IMG/VR virus record: IMGVR_UViG_3300025174_000536
Location: 1-23,143 of that record
Reading direction: 5' to 3' (one strand)
Source of the DNA: a virus
Length of the DNA stretch: 23,143 nt
Every line of letters begins with the position of its first letter. Within the stretch, counting starts at the first letter, position 1. Shown in pieces: positions 6,514 to 15,913 of this stretch. The position numbers and the translations under genes are program-made. Below the pieces are notes generated by a model. That model was not told where the DNA came from. It did not search any database and worked only from the letters and a program-made list of their open reading frames with translations.

Positions 6514-7281
6514 CTATGCTCCCTCCTCGGGAGAGAACAATCTCCCAGGGAGAATCTCCCCACCAGTAATTCCAGCCATCTCACGCATCTTGCCGCGAAG
6601 TTCCCTTCGCTTTTTGAACGCCTCTTGGGTGTTCTGCCCTTGCAGTTTTCCAAGCTCGGCCGCCAAATCGTCGTAGCTTCTCGCGGTCGTGACCGCGGTT
6701 CCGGCTTCCGACACGGCTGCGGCCGCAGTCGCTGCGCCGGTTTGCTTGGTGATCTTTGTCGCTCGTTTCGTGGCAAAAAGATCCACGATGTCTGGCCAAT
6801 CGTCCGCAGTCACTTTCCCTGCGTACTGAGTGACCAAAGCGACGTAATCCGGATCATCAAATGCAATCCCAGCGCCTTGGAGATGGACTGCTGATTTCGC
6901 CTGTGCCGCCGCCCAGGCCGGGTCCTCGGGCGCTGTGCCAATAGCCCCAGAGGAGATCGCTGCAAGCTCCTGCCTCAGTTCGGAGATTTCCAGGTCGCCT
7001 TTGATCTTCCCCACGTCTCCGCCAGCGGCTTTGACCCAGGCGTAGATTTCATCGACCTTGGCGAGTCTCACGTCCTTAGCAGACTTGAAGCGGGCATCAA
7101 TCTTGTCGTCGATCTTGTCCAAGACGGACGCCTTCGACTCCAGGGATGCCAACCGTGCCTCAAGCGCGGCCACATCTGGCGTCGTCGAACCAGCGCCAGT
7201 CGAACTTGGAGTTTTCTCAGGAACGGGCGGTCCCTGAGTTGCCTCCGCCTCCAACCGGCCTTCGTTCTCGGTATCAGCCAT
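6514..7281 (-). CDS. Probable capsid scaffolding protein
   Basis: Upstream of the capsid gene; acidic/Pro-rich N-terminus, Ala-rich helical/coiled-coil body, basic C-terminal helix (AFKKRRELRGKMREM). Confidence 0.7.
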   Translation of the reverse strand: MADTENEGRLEAEATQGPPVPEKTPSSTGAGSTTPDVAALEARLASLESKASVLDKIDDKIDARFKSAKDVRLAKVDEIYAWVKAAGGDVGKIKGDLEISELRQELAAISSGAIGTAPEDPAWAAAQAKSAVHLQGAGIAFDDPDYVALVTQYAGKVTADDWPDIVDLFATKRATKITKQTGAATAAAAVSEAGTAVTTARSYDDLAAELGKLQGQNTQEAFKKRRELRGKMREMAGITGGEILPGRLFSPEEGA

Positions 7282-7293
7282 CTTACATCCTCT

Positions 7294-7322
7294 AAGATAT
7301 CATGAATGTTTGGTACACGCAA
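7294..7322 (-). promoter_or_regulatory. Sigma70-like promoter upstream of scaffold/capsid genes
   Basis: Minus strand TTGCGT-N17-TATCTT with TGn immediately before the -10 hexamer, inside the 47-bp intergenic gap. Confidence 0.55.
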
Positions 7323-7328
7323 CAATAC

Positions 7329-10300
7329 TCATTGCACGGCGTCCACCAAAGCCCGCCAATCTGGGAAACCCAGCCTTTCGGCCAGCGTTTCTAAGCGGTC
7401 AATCGCTGCGGGGGGCATCTGCTCTCCGCTTTGATAGTCGAGGAGAAGGTTCCAGAGCGAACCTCCCAAGGTTGATTGCCATTCTTGGGGGCTTCGCTGC
7501 TGTCTCTGGACAAATGGTGTGGGTTCACCGCCTCGAACAGCATCCAACCACAAACGGTACATCTGATCACCCATGATCTTACGGAGGTCTTCCAAAGCTT
7601 CTGGGGCTGGTTTTGCCTGTGGTCCAGCCCCAGGGGTGGCGTATTTGGCAATCTGCTCCGCGATCCAGACCTCTCGTTTGGCAGTTGGATCGGTGATTTC
7701 CATTTCCTCAACAGGTTCCATGCCTTCGCGGAAGATGGCAGGGGCAGCATCAGGAAGTAACAGAGCAGCTTTGGAAACTCGAATTTCGATGGCTGGTTCT
7801 TCTTGGCTCTTGAAAGCGCCGTATTGCTCCAACTGAGGATGGTCCTTCCAGTATTGTTTCGCTGCTTTGCTGTCGATATCCCTCAGTTGGTAATACACCT
7901 CGAAGTGATCCCAGAGGTCGTCCCCAAATAGTCTTGCGGCGGCCTCGTACATCTCACCTTTGTAGTATCCCCTGATCCTCTCGGCGCTGGTGTAGTACGC
8001 ACCCAAGAGAGGGGTCATTTGGACGATCTGCTGCTGCCAGTCTAGCGCCTCGTCAATCTGAGGGTGTTGCTTCAAGATAGCGTCCCCAATTTCAGGGCGG
8101 TCTGGATCTCTCGCACCGAAGTAGTAGTCAACCAGTTCCCAGATGTCTTCACCGAACTGCTTTTCCACCTGAGTCCGCATCTGGCCATAGAGAGATTGAG
8201 CCGCATTCCACTCTGCGGAGGTTGCACTATCAGGAACGTCCAGTAAAGCCCCTAAATCAAGGACGGCTCCCATGAACTTCAATCTCTCCGCCTCGGACAT
8301 CTTGGTGAAGTCGCCCTTGGATTCTCGGAAGGCTGAAATGGTCTCAGAAGTGATTCCCACTCTCTCGGCCATCTCGGAGGTCATCCCCGGAGGAATTCTA
8401 TCGAGGATGTTCCAGGCGAAGGCTTCATCTCTATCCAGACCGGACTTCTTCGCCATCAGTAGAGCATCCATGAAAGGATAGGCCGCTTCGAGATCAGACC
8501 ATGCCTTTCGATACTCGTCAGGGCTGTAATCGGGCTTCTTCAGCATTAGACCGAACATCTCGTTGTAGAAACGATCTATCTGTACATCTTCTTCGGTGCG
8601 CATTTTGAAACCTGTCCCCAGAAAGAAGGGGGCCGCTACAGCGAACAGATTGGGGGCTCGGATGTTGATAGCTCTTGCTCGGGCCTCATCCCAGATCGGC
8701 CCCTCTTGGTTGTAAGCCGCATCCACAATCTGCGCCGCGGGATAGTTCTCCTCATCAATCATCGCCCCGATCTGACGGGCTACTCTTGGTCTTTCCCACG
8801 GGTCCATCCCACCCCCGAAGTAGTTGACGAATGGATCTAGCTCAATCCCCAATCCTTGAGGGTCCATGAGGGCGGTAACGTCTCGGAAGATTCTGGTAGG
8901 GGAATAGAGTCTTCCAGCCCATCTCGCGGCGGCGTCTTCTTGTCCCTCGCTGTGGTACTTCAGTGCCAGAAGAAGTTGATATGGCAACCATGTGGAAGGA
9001 CCGAACTTCTGGATATCCTCCAGAGTTCTTCCCCACCAATCCAATCGTCTTCGGGGATCGGTGAAGTCCACTCCCGTTAGCCCATTGAGGGGATTCAAGG
9101 AGGCTTCCAGGTTGAACCAGATCGGAGCCTTAGTATCCAATCCTAAGAGATCGCTCACATTGAGGCTGTACTTCCACCAATCCGGTAAACCAGCATGTTC
9201 GACCTCAAGAGTGTGCCGGTAGCGGGCATAGTTTGCTACGAGGCTCGGATGCGCTAAAGCACGTTTCATCCAGCGTAGATAAGTCCTTGAATGCCAGAAC
9301 TGATAAGGATAGATGTAGGAGGCTACGAGATCGAGTCCTATCCGCTTCCCGTAGTCATGCAGGATGGCATCTCTTGTGGCTTGAGCGATTGCGATAGCTT
9401 TTGCTCTCACCTCATCCATCCGACCGCCGACTTGTTTCACCCAGCCCGCGAGTTGTCTCTCAACGTCCGGTCCCAAAGGAGGAACGCGACCTCCCCAGTT
9501 GTCCGAAAGTCCTTGTTTGAGGTTCTCGATAGCCCTTTCCGCCGCGGGTTGGCTTTCGTGGAAGAAGCGGTTTACAGACGGAAAGCCATCGTCGGCGCTT
9601 GAAACCAGGGGGACTTCTTGAGGACGACTAAGGACCTCATCGAACATCCGTGCCGTGAATTCTTCCGCTTCCATTCCCGCTTCGGCTGCGGCTGCTTTGG
9701 CAGCTTGATCCAGATCGGCGTCTCCGAGAATTCGGATAACGCCTTCTGGGTCGGCAGTTCGCAGTCTTTCCACAAACCCAGCAGCTTTTGTCGGTTCCGC
9801 CCCTTCCCCGAAGAGGGTCTGATACTGTCTCAGGAAACTGGACTGGAGCGTAGTTTGGGCAGAGACAGTTGCCACTCCGTCTACTAATTCCGCCTGATCC
9901 ATCATCCGCGCTCTAGTAAGTTGAGTTTCAGCAACCTGTCTTAATGGGGTGTTGGCGTCGATGCCCGCCATTCCCGCAAGTAGCTGACCTGAGTTGTCAT
10001 GCTGGGAAACGACGTACTCCCGCAATTGGATGTATCTCTGATTCTGGACCTCTCTATAGTTGTCCCAGAGGGCGTTCCTAAATGCGTCGGCGCTCAGATT
10101 TTCGGGGATGTCTCCTAACTGTCGTTCCCGCCACATCTTGCGCAGGAGGGGGTGGTCGGTTGGAAGATTTCTGGAGGCCTCGCTCATCCCCCAGGTCCCA
10201 GATGGAGGTTTCTTCCTCCCAAGGAAAACATCGGCCTGTCTGAAAGCATCGTCCGTTGCTCCGCGGACGTTTGCCCTTACAGGTTCGGTAATCCGCTTCA

Positions 10301-13064
10301 TGGCTTCTTCGGCCGCTTTGAGTCCGTCCTCTACAGTCCTTCCGTGTGTCTGAGCTTCTCGGATAAACGCTGCATTGATCTGAACGCGGGCCATCTCTCC
10401 GATTTCGTGACCGTACTCCTCAAACTGTCGTATCGTCTCTCTGGATTCGTGAACACGGCGCATGAAGATGTCTGCTTGTTCGTCGCTGAGGTTTTGACTT
10501 ATGGCATGGGCGGCTTCTTGGCCCGTCCTAGCAAACTCGTCGGTAGGAAGGACCATTGGGGGCTCGTTCGCCGCGCCCAACCCGACGTTGCTTCGCTCTC
10601 TCACCAGATCATCTAGCGCAGCGACGGCCTTTTCCTGAGACTCGGCCTCTCGGACTCTTTTTAGGGCTTCGTCGTATAGTCTGAGATCGCGAAGTTCTTG
10701 GACCTGCTCATCGGTTAGAAAGGATAGGTTGTCTACAACAGAGGCCCCGCCTCGCTCTCGCAGTTGGTTGACTGCGGCCTTAGCATTGCCCCAGTTGTCT
10801 CTTGAGACCGCTTGAAGAAAAGCCCGTTGTTCATCCGAGAGACCCACAACATTCTCCAAACCAGATAAAGCCCTGGAAGGTGTAAGAGCGTTTGCCATCG
10901 TGTCTCTTACGGATTTCTCTACGACGTGCGCAGCGACACCAGCCTCTTCTTGAGCGGCTTTCACGGTCCCGAATTTGCCGCTGAATCTTCGGAGGAGTCC
11001 TTCGGTCCCGATCTTGCCTCCTGGTACAGAGCCAGCGGCACCCAAACCCCGGATAGCAGCCTCGGAGACTGCTCCCAGCATAGTGTTGATATTGTCTAGA
11101 GCTTTGACAGGGGATACACCAAACAGGGCATTTGCGGCCACCTTGGGGCCGACATCTACTAGAGCAGGCATGAAATTCCCATAGCGGTTGTGCATCACGT
11201 AAATGGGATTTTCCAGGAAAAGAACTCTTTGGAGGTTCGCCGCGGGTTGGTAGACCCACTTTTGCATCGCTTCGTGGACGGGCTGGAGGGCCGTCTGAAG
11301 TTGAGATAGTTCCTGTCCAGCGATAGGGTTCTTTGCCAGGAAGGCGGCTCTCTCGGCTTCGTCCTCAATAGCCAGGTACTCATTCCGTAGCGCAGCGTGT
11401 TCTTTGACAGTTGGGAAGACTTCCTTGAGGGCATTGTCCAAATCCCTTCCCAGAAGGTCGGCCAACTTAGCGGGATCGCCTTCGGCTTGCTCGATGATCC
11501 GTCCGATACGTCCAGGGTTGAAGTTTCCCGCATCGTCAATAGAAAGAGTCCTGAGGAAGACGCCACTTTCCAATCCCGATTGTGAGAGAGCGACCTCGGG
11601 ACTGAGGCCGATTCGATTGAGAATCCCCAACCCCTCTTGCACCCTGGCTAGATCGGGATCGTTCAGGTAAGCAATTGCCTTAACGGCATCGAATAGTGAA
11701 TCGGGATCGTTTCCCGAACGTGCAATGAGGACCTGTAGGAAGTTGTTGGTTGTCTCGGAGCGAGTAGCTAACTTGCTGGGTGCGTCCAAATCCAATAAAC
11801 CGCGTTTAGCCGCCTCTTCTAGAATTCCGGTTCTTGCGGCTTGGGAACTCCTCTGAACTGCATCCAATAGAGTCAGATTTGCTTGAGAGATCGCGTTGTC
11901 TCCCACCGCGGCGCCGACGTTATCCAATGCTTTTGCAACGTCGGGGACCATCGTGGAAACTCTTCGAGTAGCCTCGGTTACTCTTGCGACCTTCGCCGCC
12001 CCGCTGGTCACCAAATCCAAAAGGTTCAGAGGGTCGTAGATAGCTTGTCCCAAAGCTTCGGCACCTGGGTTTTCCAGTTCCATCGCCAGGAGTCTAGGAT
12101 CCTCTCCAGCCTCTATCCTTCGGACAAACTCTTCTCTCAGTGCAGGATCTCTCCATGCAGAGTAGGCAATCCTCGCGGACTCTTGGTTAGCTCTTCGAAG
12201 TTCTGCGTACTCCTCGAACGTAGCTTGTCCTCGGAGAATGGCAAGACCTGTCTCTAACTGAACTGGAATAACAGCGAGCGGACCAAGTTTGCGGAACCAC
12301 TCATGCCATTCGGGGACAGGTTTTCCCTGTCTGGCATAGGAACGTCGGATAAGCTCGTCTGAGGCTAAGAGGGTAGGACCCACCGCCTCTCGTTCAACGG
12401 CGAGTGCAGGTTGCATAGCAGCTTGTAGGACGGTCTGAACGACGGCGCCTGAAAATCTAGCTAGTTGTCCGAAAACGGGAATCTGTTCACCAGCTTCCCA
12501 GGAGGTTTTAGCCAAACCCACTGCCGCTCCAAGAAGTGATTGGCCAAATTGGCCGAGAAGAGGACCTGCTTGGGATGTCTGGGTTTCTAAGTCCTGATGG
12601 CCAAGCGAAAAGAGCGCCGCTAGATTCTGTCTAACAGGTTCGAGTGCATCGAGGGCTTGCTGTGGGAGTTGCAGAGGCTCAGGACGATCCTTCTCGAAGA
12701 AGTTGTATCTCAATTGGCGCATGAAGCCCTGAAGACCGGGACCAAAATCCGGGGTTCCTAAAGACGTCCACCCCTTAGCTTCTTTTGGGAGAGGTTGTCC
12801 CCAGGGCCCATTCTTTTGGGTTGAGTATGTAGCGGCCCATTCCGCGGGGAGCCCCCGTTCATTAAGTACCGGCTGGGCTGGTGGAGGAGCACGAAGCTCA
12901 GCCATTGTCTCATTGACGGTATTGGCCCATTCGGTCGGTTCTTCAGCACCGAACAGAGACCGGTAGATGACCGTGCGAATAGGAGGTACAGCAGCGCCAA
13001 CAACCTTCGCCTTCTTGATTGCTTGTTCGAGAGTAGGACGTTCAGTAGATCGCTCTTCAGCCAA
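7329..13064 (-). CDS. Very large (1911 aa) probable internal virion / DNA ejection protein
   Basis: Single 5.7-kb ORF in the head operon; TTG start with GGAG SD; mostly alpha-helical composition, no Gly-X-Y or tape-measure repeats, no catalytic motif recognised by eye. Confidence 0.6.
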   Translation of the reverse strand: MAEERSTERPTLEQAIKKAKVVGAAVPPIRTVIYRSLFGAEEPTEWANTVNETMAELRAPPPAQPVLNERGLPAEWAATYSTQKNGPWGQPLPKEAKGWTSLGTPDFGPGLQGFMRQLRYNFFEKDRPEPLQLPQQALDALEPVRQNLAALFSLGHQDLETQTSQAGPLLGQFGQSLLGAAVGLAKTSWEAGEQIPVFGQLARFSGAVVQTVLQAAMQPALAVEREAVGPTLLASDELIRRSYARQGKPVPEWHEWFRKLGPLAVIPVQLETGLAILRGQATFEEYAELRRANQESARIAYSAWRDPALREEFVRRIEAGEDPRLLAMELENPGAEALGQAIYDPLNLLDLVTSGAAKVARVTEATRRVSTMVPDVAKALDNVGAAVGDNAISQANLTLLDAVQRSSQAARTGILEEAAKRGLLDLDAPSKLATRSETTNNFLQVLIARSGNDPDSLFDAVKAIAYLNDPDLARVQEGLGILNRIGLSPEVALSQSGLESGVFLRTLSIDDAGNFNPGRIGRIIEQAEGDPAKLADLLGRDLDNALKEVFPTVKEHAALRNEYLAIEDEAERAAFLAKNPIAGQELSQLQTALQPVHEAMQKWVYQPAANLQRVLFLENPIYVMHNRYGNFMPALVDVGPKVAANALFGVSPVKALDNINTMLGAVSEAAIRGLGAAGSVPGGKIGTEGLLRRFSGKFGTVKAAQEEAGVAAHVVEKSVRDTMANALTPSRALSGLENVVGLSDEQRAFLQAVSRDNWGNAKAAVNQLRERGGASVVDNLSFLTDEQVQELRDLRLYDEALKRVREAESQEKAVAALDDLVRERSNVGLGAANEPPMVLPTDEFARTGQEAAHAISQNLSDEQADIFMRRVHESRETIRQFEEYGHEIGEMARVQINAAFIREAQTHGRTVEDGLKAAEEAMKRITEPVRANVRGATDDAFRQADVFLGRKKPPSGTWGMSEASRNLPTDHPLLRKMWRERQLGDIPENLSADAFRNALWDNYREVQNQRYIQLREYVVSQHDNSGQLLAGMAGIDANTPLRQVAETQLTRARMMDQAELVDGVATVSAQTTLQSSFLRQYQTLFGEGAEPTKAAGFVERLRTADPEGVIRILGDADLDQAAKAAAAEAGMEAEEFTARMFDEVLSRPQEVPLVSSADDGFPSVNRFFHESQPAAERAIENLKQGLSDNWGGRVPPLGPDVERQLAGWVKQVGGRMDEVRAKAIAIAQATRDAILHDYGKRIGLDLVASYIYPYQFWHSRTYLRWMKRALAHPSLVANYARYRHTLEVEHAGLPDWWKYSLNVSDLLGLDTKAPIWFNLEASLNPLNGLTGVDFTDPRRRLDWWGRTLEDIQKFGPSTWLPYQLLLALKYHSEGQEDAAARWAGRLYSPTRIFRDVTALMDPQGLGIELDPFVNYFGGGMDPWERPRVARQIGAMIDEENYPAAQIVDAAYNQEGPIWDEARARAINIRAPNLFAVAAPFFLGTGFKMRTEEDVQIDRFYNEMFGLMLKKPDYSPDEYRKAWSDLEAAYPFMDALLMAKKSGLDRDEAFAWNILDRIPPGMTSEMAERVGITSETISAFRESKGDFTKMSEAERLKFMGAVLDLGALLDVPDSATSAEWNAAQSLYGQMRTQVEKQFGEDIWELVDYYFGARDPDRPEIGDAILKQHPQIDEALDWQQQIVQMTPLLGAYYTSAERIRGYYKGEMYEAAARLFGDDLWDHFEVYYQLRDIDSKAAKQYWKDHPQLEQYGAFKSQEEPAIEIRVSKAALLLPDAAPAIFREGMEPVEEMEITDPTAKREVWIAEQIAKYATPGAGPQAKPAPEALEDLRKIMGDQMYRLWLDAVRGGEPTPFVQRQQRSPQEWQSTLGGSLWNLLLDYQSGEQMPPAAIDRLETLAERLGFPDWRALVDAVQ

Positions 13065-13958
13065 TTAGATTCTCCAATTGACAAGCCCAAAGCCACCGGA
13101 AAACCTGCTTCCGCCGGATTGATTGGACCCAAAGCCGCCAAGTCTTATAGTTCCTCCACCGCCTCCACCTAGAGCTCCACCACCTCTACCTAGACCTCCA
13201 CCTGTTCCATTCCCAGCTGTCATAATGCCCTCAGGCTTGTACCACAGTCCAGTCCCGAGATTGATGTATCCCATACGCGTCAAGAGATCGGCTCCTGAAC
13301 CTGCCCCCGCTCTGGATGCGATGACATCAAAGACTCTCTCATTTGCAGTACGAGGGAGTTGCCCAAGATCGTAGAGACCGTGCTCGGTGAAAAATACGTT
13401 CGTAGCGAGTGCAGTATCGGGGGCATTGCGGGAAATTGTCGCAGATTGGAAGCGAGCTTGCTCGAGGGCGCGCTCGGGGTCCACTGAACGTATCCTATCG
13501 AGATATTGCAATGCTTGCGCAGTCGCTGGTGGAATAGGTCCGCCGCCCGCGGGTCCAGTCTGGACGACTGGCTGCGCCACTGTAGGAATAGCAGGCGTGG
13601 GACTGGGCGTGACTTGTCCCGGAATTGTTCCAATCGTTCCCACGGCTGAAGGGGTGGGTGTAGGACCGAAAACACCTACCTGACCAACGGCTGATGGGGT
13701 AGGTGTTACTCCATACACACCAGCGGTCTGACCCAACTGATACGGGGTGGGCGTCGGTGTAGGAAGGGGTGGGGTTGGGGTTAGTGTTGGCGTAGGAACA
13801 GGAGCTGGTGTAGGACCAAAGATACCCACCTGGCCGACCGCGGAAGGAACGGCTGGTGCAACAGGTTTGCCCTTAATCGTTTTCTTGAGTTTCTTAGCGA
13901 CTTTGGGTTTCTTCTGCGCTGAGATTGAGTCGCCCCCGCCGTTGTACAGTATTGGCAT
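13065..13958 (-). CDS. Low-complexity Pro/Thr- and Gly-rich putative virion protein
   Basis: Lys-rich N-terminus, PT repeats, repeated PSAVGQVG(I/V)FGPTP, Gly-rich C-terminus ending GLVNWRI; GAGGA SD. Confidence 0.75.
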   Translation of the reverse strand: MPILYNGGGDSISAQKKPKVAKKLKKTIKGKPVAPAVPSAVGQVGIFGPTPAPVPTPTLTPTPPLPTPTPTPYQLGQTAGVYGVTPTPSAVGQVGVFGPTPTPSAVGTIGTIPGQVTPSPTPAIPTVAQPVVQTGPAGGGPIPPATAQALQYLDRIRSVDPERALEQARFQSATISRNAPDTALATNVFFTEHGLYDLGQLPRTANERVFDVIASRAGAGSGADLLTRMGYINLGTGLWYKPEGIMTAGNGTGGGLGRGGGALGGGGGGTIRLGGFGSNQSGGSRFSGGFGLVNWRI

Positions 13959-14079
13959 CTCGTGTTCCTCTTGAACCGCGTCTCTGTTTCTTGAAATCCT
14001 CGATCAACCGTTCGTTCTCGATTTGAATTTCTAGTATGGCGATATCCAGATCGCGTTCGGTCAGGAAGTGATCAGACAC
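13894..14079 (-). CDS. Small hypothetical protein (61 aa)
   Basis: GTG at 14079 with GGAGG SD; VSDHFLTERDLDIAILEIQIENERLIEDFKKQRRG...; overlaps portal stop (8 nt) and the next gene (65 nt). Confidence 0.5.
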   Translation of the reverse strand: MSDHFLTERDLDIAILEIQIENERLIEDFKKQRRGSRGTRDANTVQRRGRLNLSAEETQSR

Positions 14080-15913
14080 CGACAACCTCCTGTCCTCTTC
14101 GAGTCCTTCCGGTTGCACCCTCAAAGGTAGCCGCCTGCGGGAAGAACTCGGCGGGCGGTCTGCCCCCCGCGGCGGGGTTGACCCCCTGGCCTTCGATGCC
14201 CAACCCAGGTCGCATTGGCTCTTCCTCTGGCGCTTGCTCTGCTTGAGGTTGTGCCATCATCTGCTGGTGAAGCATCTTGGCTGCCGCAAGGACATCCTCC
14301 TTATATTGGCCGGAAAGTTCGCGCTGGAGTCTTTCCACCCTCGCCTGGAAATCAGCCATGTCCAGACGGGATAGTTTATATTCCCTATAGGAGCCTTCAG
14401 GATCAGTATCACCCAGATATCGTAAGAGGCGGATTGGAGAGTAAGGGAGTTTATCGACCATCTGGACCGCTGTGATGGCCCGCTGTTGTCTATCGGAAGG
14501 CACGTCAGCCTTGAGTTCGGTACTTAGATAGATAGCATCCGGGTCGATATCCTCCGAGTCGATGGAATAGTACTCGCCCTTGGGGCCGTACCCTTCAATT
14601 TCTCCACCGGTGTAGTGAGTGACCAGGAGCATGGCCTCGAAGAGACGGTTGAATCCTCCCTGTGCTACCTCTTTGATCTCTCCCAGTGAAGCGATAGCTT
14701 GGGAGACCTGGAGATTGTAGGAGGCGAAGGCTTGCTCTCCGGAAATGGGCTGTGCAGTCACCAAGACATCGGCGACTGTGGCTCTCTGGATAGCCGATTC
14801 CAGACGGTCGAAGGCTGAGATGATTTTAGGGTCGAGGTTCCTCTGTTGAAGCTGTTGATACTCTTGTAGCGCAGTGAGGTTGAGCCTTCCGCCGGGTTGG
14901 GTATAGTCAATTGCCACGTCCTCGGCGCCTGGTCCTTTGAGTACCTGCTCAGGGGCATTGGCAGTTGCAAGGGCCTTGGACATGGCAATGGTGCCCATGA
15001 TATTCGCGGAGGCCCATGACTCCGCTTGTAGGATGGGGAAGAGAAGTGGTTTCCTCTGGAACTCGGGTGCAGTGTCTACTGTGGTTCCGCCGGCAGAGCA
15101 GAACCACGGCAGGAACGGAACCTGCTTACCATTCTGGTCTTTCAGCCAAGGCTGGAGTGGAAGAATGACTTCCCCATTCGTGTCTTCCAACCGAGTGGAG
15201 TGGGAGGCCCAGACGATCTTCCCGTCGTAGTCCACGTACTCGAATTCGAGGAAACTCTCCTTCACTCCGTTCTTCTCATCTTTGACAAAGGATGCCTCAT
15301 CTCCCCAGAAATCAAGAAGCTCGCGACCAGTCCGGATGTTCACCGAAAGGACGGCCTCAGTCATGTAGTCTGAATATCTGGGATAGACGGTCTTCGGGTC
15401 GGCCAGTTTAGTGGCCCAGTCTCCAAAGCGAAGGGCGGCGTCTTTCCTGGCCTGGGAAGATTTGGACAGCTTCATCTGGGTGGGGACATGGATCAGTTGA
15501 CCAATGACTTCCCCGTACACAGCACAGGACCAGACGACATCAGCGGCAAGAGGCTTGCGACGTTTCTCGGCTCTTTCCAGTTGCCACTTGAGTGCGGTTT
15601 CCCACTCATTGGCGAGAGTCCGTGCTACGAGACTTTCATCCTTCGTCCCTGGGGGAAGCGCCTTATACACTGTGATGGGATGGATATCGAGGGCGTCCTT
15701 CAGATTAGAGAGCGCCCGAGTAGCGCCTCTGAGTGCATCGTAGGGCGCGGTGGAGATGATGGGTCTGATCCACTGATACCTTTGAAGAGGATCAGGGAGG
15801 GAATACTGGAGGCGGGACATTCGTTCATAGTCCCGCTGGACCTTCTTCAAGCCTTTCTGATTCTCAATGAGTTCAAGGGCTAGACGTTGGTACTTCTTGG
15901 GTGCTTTAGCCAT
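14072..15913 (-). CDS. Portal (head-tail connector) protein
   Basis: Immediately downstream of the large terminase; 613 aa; portal-like layout with Gln/Pro/Gly-rich C-terminal tail. Called mainly from position and size. Confidence 0.8.
   Translation of the reverse strand: MAKAPKKYQRLALELIENQKGLKKVQRDYERMSRLQYSLPDPLQRYQWIRPIISTAPYDALRGATRALSNLKDALDIHPITVYKALPPGTKDESLVARTLANEWETALKWQLERAEKRRKPLAADVVWSCAVYGEVIGQLIHVPTQMKLSKSSQARKDAALRFGDWATKLADPKTVYPRYSDYMTEAVLSVNIRTGRELLDFWGDEASFVKDEKNGVKESFLEFEYVDYDGKIVWASHSTRLEDTNGEVILPLQPWLKDQNGKQVPFLPWFCSAGGTTVDTAPEFQRKPLLFPILQAESWASANIMGTIAMSKALATANAPEQVLKGPGAEDVAIDYTQPGGRLNLTALQEYQQLQQRNLDPKIISAFDRLESAIQRATVADVLVTAQPISGEQAFASYNLQVSQAIASLGEIKEVAQGGFNRLFEAMLLVTHYTGGEIEGYGPKGEYYSIDSEDIDPDAIYLSTELKADVPSDRQQRAITAVQMVDKLPYSPIRLLRYLGDTDPEGSYREYKLSRLDMADFQARVERLQRELSGQYKEDVLAAAKMLHQQMMAQPQAEQAPEEEPMRPGLGIEGQGVNPAAGGRPPAEFFPQAATFEGATGRTRRGQEVVGV

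Noticed and set aside
6477-6776. 99-aa minus-strand ORF
   Set aside because: Alternate frame inside the scaffold gene; Arg/Pro-rich composition typical of off-frame GC-rich sequence.
4437-7281. Visibly higher GC in scaffold/capsid genes than in terminase and giant-protein genes
   Set aside because: Only a qualitative impression; adequately explained by codon bias of highly expressed structural genes, so not claimed as horizontal transfer.
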